Position numbers and translations under genes: made by a program. A stretch of DNA of 64,000 nucleotides, taken from the IMG/VR virus record IMGVR_UViG_3300030098_006079. One strand, given 5' to 3'. Source of the DNA: a virus (taxonomy: Duplodnaviria; Caudoviricetes). The notes below the pieces were generated by a model. That model ran no database searches, was not told the DNA's origin, and saw only the letters and a program-made list of their open reading frames with translations. Below, one piece after another: positions 11,422 to 22,199 of this stretch (the stretch's first letter is position 1; the number at the start of each line of letters is the position of its first letter).

Positions 11422-14400
11422 ATGGCGAAAATTGTTATAACTAACGGTACTATTCACTCAGATGATGATTTTAACTTAACATCTGGATCGGATGCGAATA
11501 CACGTAATAACTTCCGGATATGTAAGCAAAAAGATTCACATACCCGATTACGTTCATTATCATCCTTTAGAATAAAAACGCACGATTTACTCAATACTGG
11601 TAATGCAGAGATTTGTGGAAATCTTACTGTACATGGTACCTGTACTGTTCTTAATACTACCTTATGTTTAACAGATACAACTGCGACTGATAACTTTACT
11701 CTTGTATCTACTGATGCGGGTGCGTCTGCTGCTCCTGATTTTAAACTGTATAGAAACTCAGCCAGCCCAGCTAATAACGATTCTTTAGGCCATATTAAAT
11801 TTAGTGGTAAGGATGCTGCCGGCAATGAAACTGAGTATGCAAGTATAAAGGGTTGTATCCAATCTGTTGGTTCTGGTAGTGAGTGTGGCGCAATGTTAGG
11901 TAATGTTGTTATTAATGGGTCATCAACTGATATAATCAGAGTTGATTATGCAGGTTTGTGGACTCAAAACAACAAAAATTTGTATCTTAATGGAAGTGGT
12001 CAACTTCGAAATTACGGGGCTTGTTTAAGACTATCTACAGGAGGAGGAGACTATAAAATAACATTCGAGCCAGACTCTACTGTTAAAATGTGTTTACATG
12101 GAGGAGAGTTAACAGTTTGTAATAAAGTTTATACACCAATATTAAGAGCTACTGCTTGTACATTTTATGGTGCTTGTGGTTCTAGTAAATTATCCTCTGA
12201 TGGAGATAATATGCGCCATACTACACAGTATGGTTGTATTAATTTTGGTCCAGGTAATGCTAGTTATGCTCATATAACAACTGATAGAAGTCAATTTTAT
12301 TTTAATAAACAGCTTGTAGTCGATTCTGGCGTTGTAATGTCTTACAATGAAGATCTTAAACTTTCACGTGCTGGTAATAGTGTAAATGCTATTTATATAT
12401 GTAGCGCTCTAACAACTAGTTGTAATCCAACTAAACTATTTTCACAACAAGGACATACCATACCGCAGACTGGTAATGCTGTGTGTTGGTTGAAATTTGG
12501 ATCTTTATGTATACCGCAACACGGTTATAAGATGCGCATGAAAGTTGTTGCGAGTAATGGTTACGGTTCTAGTACAACTGACACTACTCAAGAAACAACA
12601 CTTTTATTTCAAACTGCAAACACCGGTGAAGCTAGTTCCGGTTCAAGTGTGTGTGCGTGTGTACATTCATTTATAGAAGGTAGTACGAAACGTGAATCAG
12701 ATGCTCCTTACTGTTTTATTGTACACGAAGTTAATTCCGCATTATTTGAAATATTTGGTAAATTTAACACTTATACAGGAACCGGTAGTTATTATACAAT
12801 AGAATCTGGACCTACTACATGTTGGATTGCATGTAACTCTTTTGTAGATCCTGATTCTTGTTCAGGTTCTTGTATAGTATCTATACCTAATAGAGGTACT
12901 ATATTTTGTACATCTTCCTCTACTACATGTATATGTGGTTCTGCTATTGTTCAGGGCGATATATGCATGAATAACAATTCGCGTGGTTATAAATTAGGTA
13001 CTGATACCGGTGGTTCTGGTAGTAGAGCTTTTCTAGCATTAGATTCTGACGGTTCTGATGGTATTGGAGCTGGTTCTGATTATTTCTTCGTTGCTAATGA
13101 TGGTTCTGATACCAGATTTTATAATGAAGGCCCGGAACATATAAGACTATGTGGTAGTTCGTGTGTTGCTTTTTGTAAACCGATAGCAGTTCACTGTTGC
13201 GCAAGAATAGCTACTATTAGAAACTTTACCAATACTACATACATGTGTCTTTGTGGTGGTTGTTGTTTGATAGGTGGTATACAGTTTAAAGACTGTCAAG
13301 GTTGTGACCGTGGCTGGGTGTATCATGATGGTGCTGCTAATTTTGGTTTATTATCATGTGCTGGATCTTGGGCTATTAAAATAACAGGTACTAGTAATAT
13401 ACAAAGCTCTTACACTCATTGTTTTTCCGGAAATATTGGTCTTGCTGGTGGATCTGCTAGTCGGGTGTGTATAGCTGGTAAGCGCGCTATAGAAGGTAAT
13501 AGTTGTATATTATCTTTAGGAGAAGATTGGGATTGTATATGTTTACGAGCTACTTGTACATATTCTACAGGAAACATATGTACTACTGCATGTTTACAAT
13601 CATCTGTGGTTTGTTCTACAGGTTGTGTAAAAACTCCGTTGATACAAGCGCAAGGCGGTGGAAGTTGTTTTGGTGCGCCTGCAGGTTGCGATGACTGGGA
13701 ATGTAGTCCTATTAGCATTAGAGAAAGAGGAGCAGTTTCTTCTAATCAAAGTCATGATTGTTATGCTCCTAACTTAAACTTTCATTGGGCTGGTAGAGTT
13801 TCAAACTCTTTGTATATGGCGGCGAACGGTCACTTAAAGTTTGGTTCTTATAATAGCAGCGGTTGTCCTGATGGTCCGAACGGTGTTTTCTGGGCTGGTA
13901 CTCTGTGTGGTAATACTTGTGTAAAATCTCCTATTGTTTGTGGTACAACATGTTTAGCTACTAATGTTATTTCTAGTAGTGGTAGTGCACCATCTGATTA
14001 CGGTGCATTGGCGATTGAAGGAGCCAAAGGAGGTTATGGTGGTGTTCATTTCTGTGGGTATACATTTATGGCAGCATCAGATTGCGGTGGCGGTGGTATT
14101 TATAACGATACTCACAATCAATGGGCTATATGGAATGGTGCAAATGCTGCTACTTACATTTATCATGCTGGTAATGCGAAATTACATACTATCACCAATG
14201 GTGTACGAGTATGCAAAGAATCAAACGCCGGGTATATAGACATTTGCCCATCAGGTGGTTGGGGTCATCTTATAACTAGTAACAATTGTTTCTACATGAA
14301 CGTACCATTGATGGTCAATGGAGGTAGTATTGGTTCTTATGACGAAGATTTAACGCTACAAAGAGGTTATTCCCTTACTGCTGCTGAAAGTATAAAGATT

Positions 14401-15147
14401 ACATCAGGTACTACTCATATATGTCAGCTTACAAAAGTTCATGGTTGTATATGCGCTACCTCTAACATTCAAACTGCAGGTAAGATTCATATTTGTTCTG
14501 CTCATAATTGTCTTCATATGGCGTCTATCTGTGATGCCACGAACTATAACTTTACCATATGCTCAATGTATAATTGGGCTTGCTCTCTCCGTATTACAAA
14601 CAGGGGCGTACCCATATTAAAGGTATGCTCTGGAAATTGTATTACTTCACTATGGGGTAATAATACCGAAAGGATTTGCCTTCATCCTACGGGTACAAAA
14701 ATAGTTGGAGATTTATGCGTTACAGGTCAGGTTTGTGCAGATGGTATGGAGGGAGATACTCTCACAAGCCAGACTGTATGTACAGGTACTATTTGTTTTA
14801 ATACTAGTTGTGTAACAGGGTTGGATGCGGTATATGATGTGTATGTTTCAGCTAACCCAAATTGTGGTGGTTCAACACTATATAGAGATATAGTACATAT
14901 GTCAGTATATGTTACCACAGGTTGGAGTGGTTCAGCAGTGACTAAGTACATTAACCACGTAAATAATTTTGTTAGAGGAGCTGTACATGGTTCTGGCGCC
15001 GGTTCGGTAACTGCCGTTCCTAAATTATTAGTCGGAACAACAGGTTGTGAGTGTTATGCTGCTGCTTGTGCGACTTGTTTGCAAATTCAAGTAGCGGGTG
15101 GGTCAAATAAATATGACACGTGTGTGAAAATTAAAAGAGTTTTATAA
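11422..15147 (+). CDS. Cys-rich tail fibre-like protein (1241 aa)
   Basis: Long Gly/Ser/Thr/Cys-rich ORF in the fibre cluster; segment DAGASAAPDFKLYRNSASPANNDSLGHIKFSG is typical of marine phage fibres; late-promoter-like AATAAATA upstream. Confidence 0.7.
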   Translation: MAKIVITNGTIHSDDDFNLTSGSDANTRNNFRICKQKDSHTRLRSLSSFRIKTHDLLNTGNAEICGNLTVHGTCTVLNTTLCLTDTTATDNFTLVSTDAGASAAPDFKLYRNSASPANNDSLGHIKFSGKDAAGNETEYASIKGCIQSVGSGSECGAMLGNVVINGSSTDIIRVDYAGLWTQNNKNLYLNGSGQLRNYGACLRLSTGGGDYKITFEPDSTVKMCLHGGELTVCNKVYTPILRATACTFYGACGSSKLSSDGDNMRHTTQYGCINFGPGNASYAHITTDRSQFYFNKQLVVDSGVVMSYNEDLKLSRAGNSVNAIYICSALTTSCNPTKLFSQQGHTIPQTGNAVCWLKFGSLCIPQHGYKMRMKVVASNGYGSSTTDTTQETTLLFQTANTGEASSGSSVCACVHSFIEGSTKRESDAPYCFIVHEVNSALFEIFGKFNTYTGTGSYYTIESGPTTCWIACNSFVDPDSCSGSCIVSIPNRGTIFCTSSSTTCICGSAIVQGDICMNNNSRGYKLGTDTGGSGSRAFLALDSDGSDGIGAGSDYFFVANDGSDTRFYNEGPEHIRLCGSSCVAFCKPIAVHCCARIATIRNFTNTTYMCLCGGCCLIGGIQFKDCQGCDRGWVYHDGAANFGLLSCAGSWAIKITGTSNIQSSYTHCFSGNIGLAGGSASRVCIAGKRAIEGNSCILSLGEDWDCICLRATCTYSTGNICTTACLQSSVVCSTGCVKTPLIQAQGGGSCFGAPAGCDDWECSPISIRERGAVSSNQSHDCYAPNLNFHWAGRVSNSLYMAANGHLKFGSYNSSGCPDGPNGVFWAGTLCGNTCVKSPIVCGTTCLATNVISSSGSAPSDYGALAIEGAKGGYGGVHFCGYTFMAASDCGGGGIYNDTHNQWAIWNGANAATYIYHAGNAKLHTITNGVRVCKESNAGYIDICPSGGWGHLITSNNCFYMNVPLMVNGGSIGSYDEDLTLQRGYSLTAAESIKITSGTTHICQLTKVHGCICATSNIQTAGKIHICSAHNCLHMASICDATNYNFTICSMYNWACSLRITNRGVPILKVCSGNCITSLWGNNTERICLHPTGTKIVGDLCVTGQVCADGMEGDTLTSQTVCTGTICFNTSCVTGLDAVYDVYVSANPNCGGSTLYRDIVHMSVYVTTGWSGSAVTKYINHVNNFVRGAVHGSGAGSVTAVPKLLVGTTGCECYAAACATCLQIQVAGGSNKYDTCVKIKRVL

Positions 15148-15153
15148 AATACT

Positions 15154-18100
15154 ATGGGATTATTAAGTCAACAATACGGAAAACTAGTCGAGCTTACTGC
15201 AGGAAGTACTTTATGTACCCCTACTATTCGCGCGAATGCGGATAACGGTAGTGGGTGTGTACGGTTTGGTAATATATGTGTGGGTTCCGAAAACCTGTAC
15301 AACACAATACAGAGTTGCACTAACCTCCACTTTCGCGCAGCGGGTAACTGTCCTATTATTGTAGGAGACTCTGGCTCTACTCATACTAAAATCTGTAATG
15401 CAGTATGTTCTCCTATACTTTGTGGTACAACATGTCTATCTACCGCGCAAGTCATTGGTACAAAAGTTTCTGTTGGTTCTCTTAATACGAATTATGATCT
15501 TTACAATAATGGTACGAGTTATTTAAATGGTCATGTCACAATAGATGATAGTTTAGCCATTACAGGCGCGAAGATAATGAAAACTGGTGGTTATAATAAA
15601 CCAGGTATTCAAATGTGCGGTACAGGAAATTATAGTTTTTGCGACCTAAACGTTTTTCTTAAAAATACAGGTGCTGCTAACTCTGCTATATTCTCTGATT
15701 ATGAACCACATGGAGAGTGGGGATTATTTCATGATAATAATGATGACGCATTTTATATTACTGCAGGGTCATCATGTCATAATGTAGGCAGTTTTAATAT
15801 GAAAAACTGCGCTGGTACAGTTAGAACAGCGTACATTAAACAAAAATTTGTTCAAGGTAATGGTAATGCGGAGATCGGAGGGAGTCTTTCTGTAAGCCCT
15901 GATTGTTCAAATAATTATAATGGTATGGCGATTGGTTGTACTTATACTAATATTGGTGGTTGGCACACTCAGCTTAGTATGTATGGAGGCTCTCATGCAG
16001 TTGCAAGATGGAATCATGGCGCTGGTACAGATGGGGCTAATAACTCTCGGCATAACTGTATATATGCACACGTAGACAATCCATTTGTAATCTGTAGTTC
16101 TGGTAATATTAGGTTAAAACCCGGTACTGGTACGACAGTTTCGTGTGGTATGTTTTGCGCCGGTTGTGTATGTGGTGTTACTTGCGTATATTCAAATTGT
16201 GTATACGCCAACAAACTTCAGGCTGATACATGTGTTGTAACTGGTGATTTGTGTTTAACCGAAGACTATAGTGGAGACATGTCTAACGGAATACAGTTAG
16301 GTCGTAGTATTGGTATACCGCAGGCAGCATGGGGAGAGTCTGGTGTGAAAACCGGTAGAATTGAGATTGGGTTACCAACTAAAGATGGTGAAGGAGGTAG
16401 TAGTCATTTAGGTATGATTCATATGACTGTTGATGTATATGAATACGACGGTAATGATGTCTCGACTTTTATTATCGGTGGTCACAACTGGAGTTGTCGT
16501 TGGTACAATTGCGGTGCTCATATCACGGGAGGCTGCACAAACAAAACTATAAAATTAGCCTATCATGCTTGTGGTGGTACTTGTAACGGAAGGTATGTTG
16601 TTCTAATTGGAGAGTGTGATAGCTCTTGGAACTATGGTTCGGTACATGTGAGAAGAATTAATAACGGACTGTATTACAATGGTAATATGGATATGGGTAC
16701 TCCTATGTATGTTAAGAGAGTTACTTGCTCTGATAGTTATTATAATTGTACTACTAGTGATTTAAGATCAGATTCAAAAAGTATGGCAGCATACCAATAC
16801 GCTACGACCTGTGTTCACACTCCTAGGGTTTGTGCTACTACTTGTGTAAGGTCGTCTTATTTATACTCTACAGGTAATATATGTGGTACTGAAATTTGCT
16901 CTGGTTCGTGGTTTAGAAATGCTAATTCAGGTCAAGGGTTGTATAATTCAGCTACAGGGTTTCATTTTTATTCCACAGCAGCAAATATTGTTCGGATTTA
17001 TGGTGCTAGCGCTGATAATATCGGTCTACAAGGATATAGTTGTGGTGCTGCTCGTGGTTGTTTAAATTGGAATTGTTATAATCAACTCAATGTGTACGAC
17101 TCTGGTGGTAATGTTAGATTTTTAATAAACTCTAATACTGATATTAGACTGTGTAATACAACCTGTTTACATTGTAATATATATGTTGGTGGCCGAATAT
17201 TTGCTTGTACCCAGAGCGAAAGTCTCAACTTTAAAGGAGCTCGTGGTTGTTTTACTAATGAGTATATGCACCTATACAATAAAGTAGGTATAGGTCATCC
17301 ATCTGGCTGGGGGTGTGGTGAAACAAATACTCCTGATAAAGGACTTTCTACATATGGTAAAGCATGTATAGGTTATGGTGTATCTGCTTCGACTGATACA
17401 TTGAAGGTTGCAGGAGGAGTTTCAACTCTCGGTGCAAAAGCTTTATATAGTGAGAGTTATGCAAATTCTTTTTATCCTGATGCGGTTGGTACATGGAACC
17501 TTAAATCTGCATCTGGTCAGACTCACAGTAGCTTAAGATTTAGACGAGGGGATGGGAATATTGATGGTTATGTATATTCAAGTACAGGTGGGTATATAGG
17601 TTTTCTTGATTCAGCATCTTATTGGGCGTATGGTCATCAAACTAACGCGTGTCATTGGTGGAATATAAGCAATACTACGCATATGAAACTGTGTGGTAAT
17701 TGTCTTTGTCATTGTCATACTATATGTGCTCAACATTGTTTACGCGCTGATAAAGTAGAAGGCGTTTCGTGCGTGCAAAGTTGTAGATATCAACATCATT
17801 GGCGCACTATAGCTATAGGAGGAGATTATGATAAGTTCTATCCTATTGGATTTACTGTGAAAGGTGGTAATAACTCTGAAGATATATTAGAAATAGCTCA
17901 ACCTAGTGTTCACGCTCCGACCACTAGTTGCGGTGCTATGTATCTTAAATTAGGTGTTAATATTACAGGTTGGGGTCATATTAGTAATCATTATATAGTA
18001 CACAAGTATGCAACTGGTGGTACTAATTCATTAGTATCCAAGGTTAGAGCAATCGACCATTCAACATGTAGAGTTGGTGTATGGTTACGAGGTGGTCTCA

Positions 18101-19941
18101 CTTATTACTATAGATCTAGAGAAGGTACTATTGCTTGTAATATTACTGGTGGTACTACTGCGAGTTGTTTATCCTACGATAATGCAAATAACGCTTATGA
18201 TGTATCCGTACAGTATACTAGCTCTGTAGAGGATAACAATTTTGGTAATACAGGTGGTTGTAATGCTGGAAATGCTTATTTAACTCACCATAGTAGTCTA
18301 GGTACAAGTGTAGTTCTAACTACCGATAACTTACAACAGGCTTTGTGTTGTGGGTGTTGTACAAACACAGTTTGTTTAGGAAATTGTGGTGTTATAAAAA
18401 ATACAAACTTTACTACAGGGGTTGTTTGTGGTAATGATTGTGTAAGAGGTGGTAAGTTATGCTCTTCTGCATGGATATGCGCCAACACAGAAATATATCT
18501 CACTAATTGGGTAAGATTTAATACAGCGAATAAAGGTCTTTATTGGGCTGGTGCATGTCAGACACATCTTTACCCGGCGCAATCTAATTCAACTTTGTAT
18601 TTGAGATCGTGTCACTCTAATACTAGTTTAGCAATAACTACAAGCAACAATACTACTATACGTGGTTATCTTTATGGTGACTCGAGTAATAACTTTGGTT
18701 TCTTAGACTCTGATGGACAATGGGCTATAAGACACCTAGGTAATAATTGCACTGAATTTAGAATAGACAATGGAATAAAAGCAACTATATTCTCTTCATG
18801 TTTTTGTAGTAATAATGTTATATGCGCTGCTACATGTGTACATAGCGCAAAAATTTGCGGTACTCATTACGGAGATGGATCTAACTTAACTGGTGTTGGT
18901 GGTGGTTACTGTACTTGTTGTAATACCACAATAAAAACTGGCGGTACAGATTGTGGTAATATATATTTAGGTAAAGATGTGTTCGCTTGTGGTGTTGCTC
19001 AGGGTAAAACAACAGGGCATTTTAGGAACGTTGCTATAGGTGATTTTGCAATGGGTGCTCTTGGGTGTGACCCACATAGTAACGTAGTTATTGGATATAG
19101 CGCCGGCTCAACTGCTGGAACAACTTGTTGTCGAGGCTGTAACGGCTATTGTTATAATGTATACATAGGTCGTAATGCTGGGGACGGTACTTTTAATGGA
19201 TCAATCGGTGGTACCTCTAATACCGGTTCATGTAATGTGTTTGTTGGAGCATATACTGGCGGTGGTCCGCATAATGGGAAAAATAATGTTCTTATTGGAA
19301 CTAACTCTGGTTACAATATGCAGTGCGGCGCGTCTTGTAATTTGTTTTTAGGTCATGGATCTGGCGGTCATGTAACTACTGGTTGTAAGTGTGTTGTAAT
19401 TGGTTATGGTAGTGGTCAGTGTTACGACAACGCATCAATTTGCGCTGCGTGTACTCATGTAGCAACGTTAAATAAAAGCTCTGGTTCTTTTATTATTCCG
19501 CATCCTGATCCAGCAAAAACAGCGACAACTGACTTACGACATAGTTATGTCGAATCTCCTACGAGAGGTGATAATATTTATAGATGGCAAGTGGATGTTA
19601 CTAATTGTTGTAACGTTATTACGTTGCCAAGCTATTATCAATTTTTAAATGAAAATGATATGGTATGGGTATCACCTGTAGAGCATTTCGGTTCAGCATA
19701 TGGCAAAGTCACAGAAGATCAATGTTGTGCAATTATATGTACAAATGCTGACGGTAAATATAATGTTTTATTAGTAGGTACAAGATGTGACTGTATGGCT
19801 TTAAATCATTGGAAGGGTGTTGAACCACCAATGGAGAGTACATCTCCAGCACTTAGCGCTATTACTGAAGAAAATCCTAATGGGCCAGATTTTCCTCGTA
19901 GATTTGTATGTAATGTCAGAAAGCCAATGTCTGAATGGTAA
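15154..19941 (+). CDS. Cys-rich tail fibre-like protein (1595 aa) with C-terminal chaperone-like domain
   Basis: Beta-rich fibre composition; NVxIGxxAG repeats near the C-terminus; ends with SFIIPHPDP...LRHSYVESPTRGDNIYRW, a recurrent phage fibre C-terminal domain. Confidence 0.72.
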   Translation: MGLLSQQYGKLVELTAGSTLCTPTIRANADNGSGCVRFGNICVGSENLYNTIQSCTNLHFRAAGNCPIIVGDSGSTHTKICNAVCSPILCGTTCLSTAQVIGTKVSVGSLNTNYDLYNNGTSYLNGHVTIDDSLAITGAKIMKTGGYNKPGIQMCGTGNYSFCDLNVFLKNTGAANSAIFSDYEPHGEWGLFHDNNDDAFYITAGSSCHNVGSFNMKNCAGTVRTAYIKQKFVQGNGNAEIGGSLSVSPDCSNNYNGMAIGCTYTNIGGWHTQLSMYGGSHAVARWNHGAGTDGANNSRHNCIYAHVDNPFVICSSGNIRLKPGTGTTVSCGMFCAGCVCGVTCVYSNCVYANKLQADTCVVTGDLCLTEDYSGDMSNGIQLGRSIGIPQAAWGESGVKTGRIEIGLPTKDGEGGSSHLGMIHMTVDVYEYDGNDVSTFIIGGHNWSCRWYNCGAHITGGCTNKTIKLAYHACGGTCNGRYVVLIGECDSSWNYGSVHVRRINNGLYYNGNMDMGTPMYVKRVTCSDSYYNCTTSDLRSDSKSMAAYQYATTCVHTPRVCATTCVRSSYLYSTGNICGTEICSGSWFRNANSGQGLYNSATGFHFYSTAANIVRIYGASADNIGLQGYSCGAARGCLNWNCYNQLNVYDSGGNVRFLINSNTDIRLCNTTCLHCNIYVGGRIFACTQSESLNFKGARGCFTNEYMHLYNKVGIGHPSGWGCGETNTPDKGLSTYGKACIGYGVSASTDTLKVAGGVSTLGAKALYSESYANSFYPDAVGTWNLKSASGQTHSSLRFRRGDGNIDGYVYSSTGGYIGFLDSASYWAYGHQTNACHWWNISNTTHMKLCGNCLCHCHTICAQHCLRADKVEGVSCVQSCRYQHHWRTIAIGGDYDKFYPIGFTVKGGNNSEDILEIAQPSVHAPTTSCGAMYLKLGVNITGWGHISNHYIVHKYATGGTNSLVSKVRAIDHSTCRVGVWLRGGLTYYYRSREGTIACNITGGTTASCLSYDNANNAYDVSVQYTSSVEDNNFGNTGGCNAGNAYLTHHSSLGTSVVLTTDNLQQALCCGCCTNTVCLGNCGVIKNTNFTTGVVCGNDCVRGGKLCSSAWICANTEIYLTNWVRFNTANKGLYWAGACQTHLYPAQSNSTLYLRSCHSNTSLAITTSNNTTIRGYLYGDSSNNFGFLDSDGQWAIRHLGNNCTEFRIDNGIKATIFSSCFCSNNVICAATCVHSAKICGTHYGDGSNLTGVGGGYCTCCNTTIKTGGTDCGNIYLGKDVFACGVAQGKTTGHFRNVAIGDFAMGALGCDPHSNVVIGYSAGSTAGTTCCRGCNGYCYNVYIGRNAGDGTFNGSIGGTSNTGSCNVFVGAYTGGGPHNGKNNVLIGTNSGYNMQCGASCNLFLGHGSGGHVTTGCKCVVIGYGSGQCYDNASICAACTHVATLNKSSGSFIIPHPDPAKTATTDLRHSYVESPTRGDNIYRWQVDVTNCCNVITLPSYYQFLNENDMVWVSPVEHFGSAYGKVTEDQCCAIICTNADGKYNVLLVGTRCDCMALNHWKGVEPPMESTSPALSAITEENPNGPDFPRRFVCNVRKPMSEW

Positions 19942-19977
19942 TACTTGAATTTTATCTATAACTAGATAAATTTTTAC

Positions 19978-21045
19978 GTGGACAAACATATTATCTTTCA
20001 CGTAGAAGGCGGTATCGGTAAGAACATTATGGCTACGGCCGTAGCTGAAGCTATATCAAAAGCACATCCTGATAGAAAATTAATCGTAGTAGCTGCATGG
20101 GCAGCAGTATGGGTAAATAATCCTCATATTGAACGTTTTTATATGCTGGGCGCTACTCCATACTTTTTTGAAGATTTTATTAAAGGTAAAGATACTTGGA
20201 TCTTTAAGTCTGAACCATACCACCATCATGACTTTTTAAACGGTAAGAGATACCTTGCAGATATTTGGTGTGAGCAACTAGGCGTACCATACAACGGAGA
20301 ATTACCCACAATAGTTCTATCTAAAAATGAGAAAGATAATATGGATAGAAAGCTCCGTGGTTTTGGTAAGCCTATATTTGCTCTACAAACTAACGGAGGT
20401 GGTCCACAAGACTACCCAGTATCATGGGTAAGAGATGTACCTCTATCTAATCTTAAAGAAGTACTAAACGAAGTTAATAAAGAATATAAGATTATTCATA
20501 TTAGGAGGAAAGATCAGTTAGAGATTAAAGGTATTGATTATATCGAAACTCCAAATGTAAGAGACCTATTTGCTCTTGTAGAATATTCTCATAACAGATT
20601 ATTAATTGATAGCTTTGCTCAACACGCAGCAGTTGCATTAGATAGACCATCTACTGTATTATGGCCTATTGATAACGTTAAGACATTAGGTTATCCTGAT
20701 TTTCATAACAATATTGTATCTAATGCTGATACTCGTAAAGTACATTTAATTGATAGTTACTTAGGTGCTCATCCGATCAATGGAGAGTTCTTACATGAGT
20801 GTCCATTTGATAATGACAATATATTTGAATCCCAACCAATCTTCGACAGTCTCGAAGAATTAGAAGAGAAAGAATTTTACGAAGCTCCTGCAGGGGTGAG
20901 AGTAAGTAACAAGCAAGAGAAGAACTTATTTGATACCGCTAAGCCGTTACCTCCAGAGCCTATGTTAGCTCAAATGAACAATCCATTCCCTCCTGCACCA
21001 GGTAAACGTACTAATAGACAAAAACCTAAGAAACGTAGAAAGTAA
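19978..21045 (+). CDS. Glycosyltransferase, GT9/heptosyltransferase-like
   Basis: N-terminal IIFHVEGGIGKNIMATAVAEAISKAHPDRKLIVV and downstream LLIDSFAQHAAVALDRPSTVLW match GT9 patterns; GTG start. Confidence 0.7.
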   Translation: MDKHIIFHVEGGIGKNIMATAVAEAISKAHPDRKLIVVAAWAAVWVNNPHIERFYMLGATPYFFEDFIKGKDTWIFKSEPYHHHDFLNGKRYLADIWCEQLGVPYNGELPTIVLSKNEKDNMDRKLRGFGKPIFALQTNGGGPQDYPVSWVRDVPLSNLKEVLNEVNKEYKIIHIRRKDQLEIKGIDYIETPNVRDLFALVEYSHNRLLIDSFAQHAAVALDRPSTVLWPIDNVKTLGYPDFHNNIVSNADTRKVHLIDSYLGAHPINGEFLHECPFDNDNIFESQPIFDSLEELEEKEFYEAPAGVRVSNKQEKNLFDTAKPLPPEPMLAQMNNPFPPAPGKRTNRQKPKKRRK

Positions 21046-21863
21046 TGTCAACAATCTTTTTTCAGTCCTCTATGCCGAGGGCAGGTAGTACATTATTACA
21101 AAATGTACTTGCTCAAAATCCTGACATATATGCTACACCTACCTCAGGTGTATTAGAGTTAACATTCGCGGCTCGTCATATGTTTAACGAATCTAATGAG
21201 TTTAAAGCTCAAGACTCTAAAACTATGGAGGAAGGTCTTATTGGTTTCCTCAATGAAGGTATACATGGTTGGTATGATAATATTACTGACAAACCATATG
21301 TAGTGGATAAGAGTAGAGGTTGGGGTATACATTATGACTTCTTAGATGCTTTCTTAGAATATGAACCTAAGATTATCTGTATGGTAAGAGATCTTAGACA
21401 GATTATTGCCTCTATGGAAAAGAAATTTAGAGAGAATCCTCTCGACCATGACCCTATAGTTAATTGGTCAGAAATGTCGGGCACAACTGTTGAGAAAAGA
21501 GCGGACGTATGGTTACAAACACAGCCTGTAGGCTTAGCATTAGAGCGTTTTGGTGAGATAATTAAACGCGGGTGGGATAAACATATGTTGTTTGTAAAGT
21601 TTGAGGACTTCACAAAGTATCCAGATGAAGAAATGGATAGGATATATGACTATCTAGAACTTGATTCTTATACTGGACACGACTTCAATAAGGTAGAACA
21701 GACTACAAAAGAAGATGACACCATATACGGAATATACGGTGATCATAAAATTAATCCTGTAGTAAGCGAGTTACCACAGGATTATATCGACGTACTTGGT
21801 GTTAAAACTTGCGACCATATAAAAGATGTCGGTCAGTTTTATTTCAAGTATTTTAATTATTAA
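21045..21863 (+). CDS. PAPS-dependent sulfotransferase
   Basis: 5'-PSB motif SMPRAGSTLL, DKSR, 3'-PB motif MVRDLRQIIAS, VKFEDF; overlaps the GT stop codon (coupled translation). Confidence 0.85.
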   Translation: MSTIFFQSSMPRAGSTLLQNVLAQNPDIYATPTSGVLELTFAARHMFNESNEFKAQDSKTMEEGLIGFLNEGIHGWYDNITDKPYVVDKSRGWGIHYDFLDAFLEYEPKIICMVRDLRQIIASMEKKFRENPLDHDPIVNWSEMSGTTVEKRADVWLQTQPVGLALERFGEIIKRGWDKHMLFVKFEDFTKYPDEEMDRIYDYLELDSYTGHDFNKVEQTTKEDDTIYGIYGDHKINPVVSELPQDYIDVLGVKTCDHIKDVGQFYFKYFNY

Positions 21864-22144
21864 GCAGCGCTGTTAGACTGATAATAAGTCCTACCCTCTG
21901 TAATAGCGGTATTGAACTTACTCTTCTGAGCTGTTGTAGCAGTTCCAGTAAACCAATCTTTATCCATCATAAGTTCGATGTGTCGATAGTTTCTGTCTGC
22001 ATCATCAGCTTTCTCAGCTGTAGTTTGTCCTGCTACTGCTTCTGTATTATCTACGATATTATCAATAACTGTAACAGAATCTAACGCGGCTGTTACTGCT
22101 GCCTGCGCTTCCGTCGAATTTGCTGTTGGATCACCTTCTGGCAT
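21860..22144 (-). CDS. Hypothetical late protein (94 aa)
   Basis: Intact ORF preceded by TAAATA-cttac-ATG on the minus strand. Confidence 0.6.
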   Translation of the reverse strand: MPEGDPTANSTEAQAAVTAALDSVTVIDNIVDNTEAVAGQTTAEKADDADRNYRHIELMMDKDWFTGTATTAQKSKFNTAITEGRTYYQSNSAA

Positions 22145-22182
22145 GTAAGTATTTAATCAAAGTTGACTAAATTCCACATAGG

Positions 22183-22190
22183 TATAAATA
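22183..22190 (+). promoter_or_regulatory. T4-type late promoter TATAAATA
   Basis: Exact box 9 nt before ATG 22200; the same box recurs at 34820, 38117, 44617, 45514, 52393, 56360 and 57157, each just upstream of an ATG. Confidence 0.75.
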
Positions 22191-22199
22191 ATTTTCGTT

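Noticed and set aside
815-18503. Many short ORFs, mostly minus-strand, inside the fibre genes
   Set aside because: Shadow frames of the repetitive coding sequence (VVL/PVV patterns); no independent promoters or motifs.
2-19941. Diversity-generating retroelement acting on the fibres
   Set aside because: No reverse transcriptase and no near-identical TR/VR pair differing only at adenines was seen in the window.
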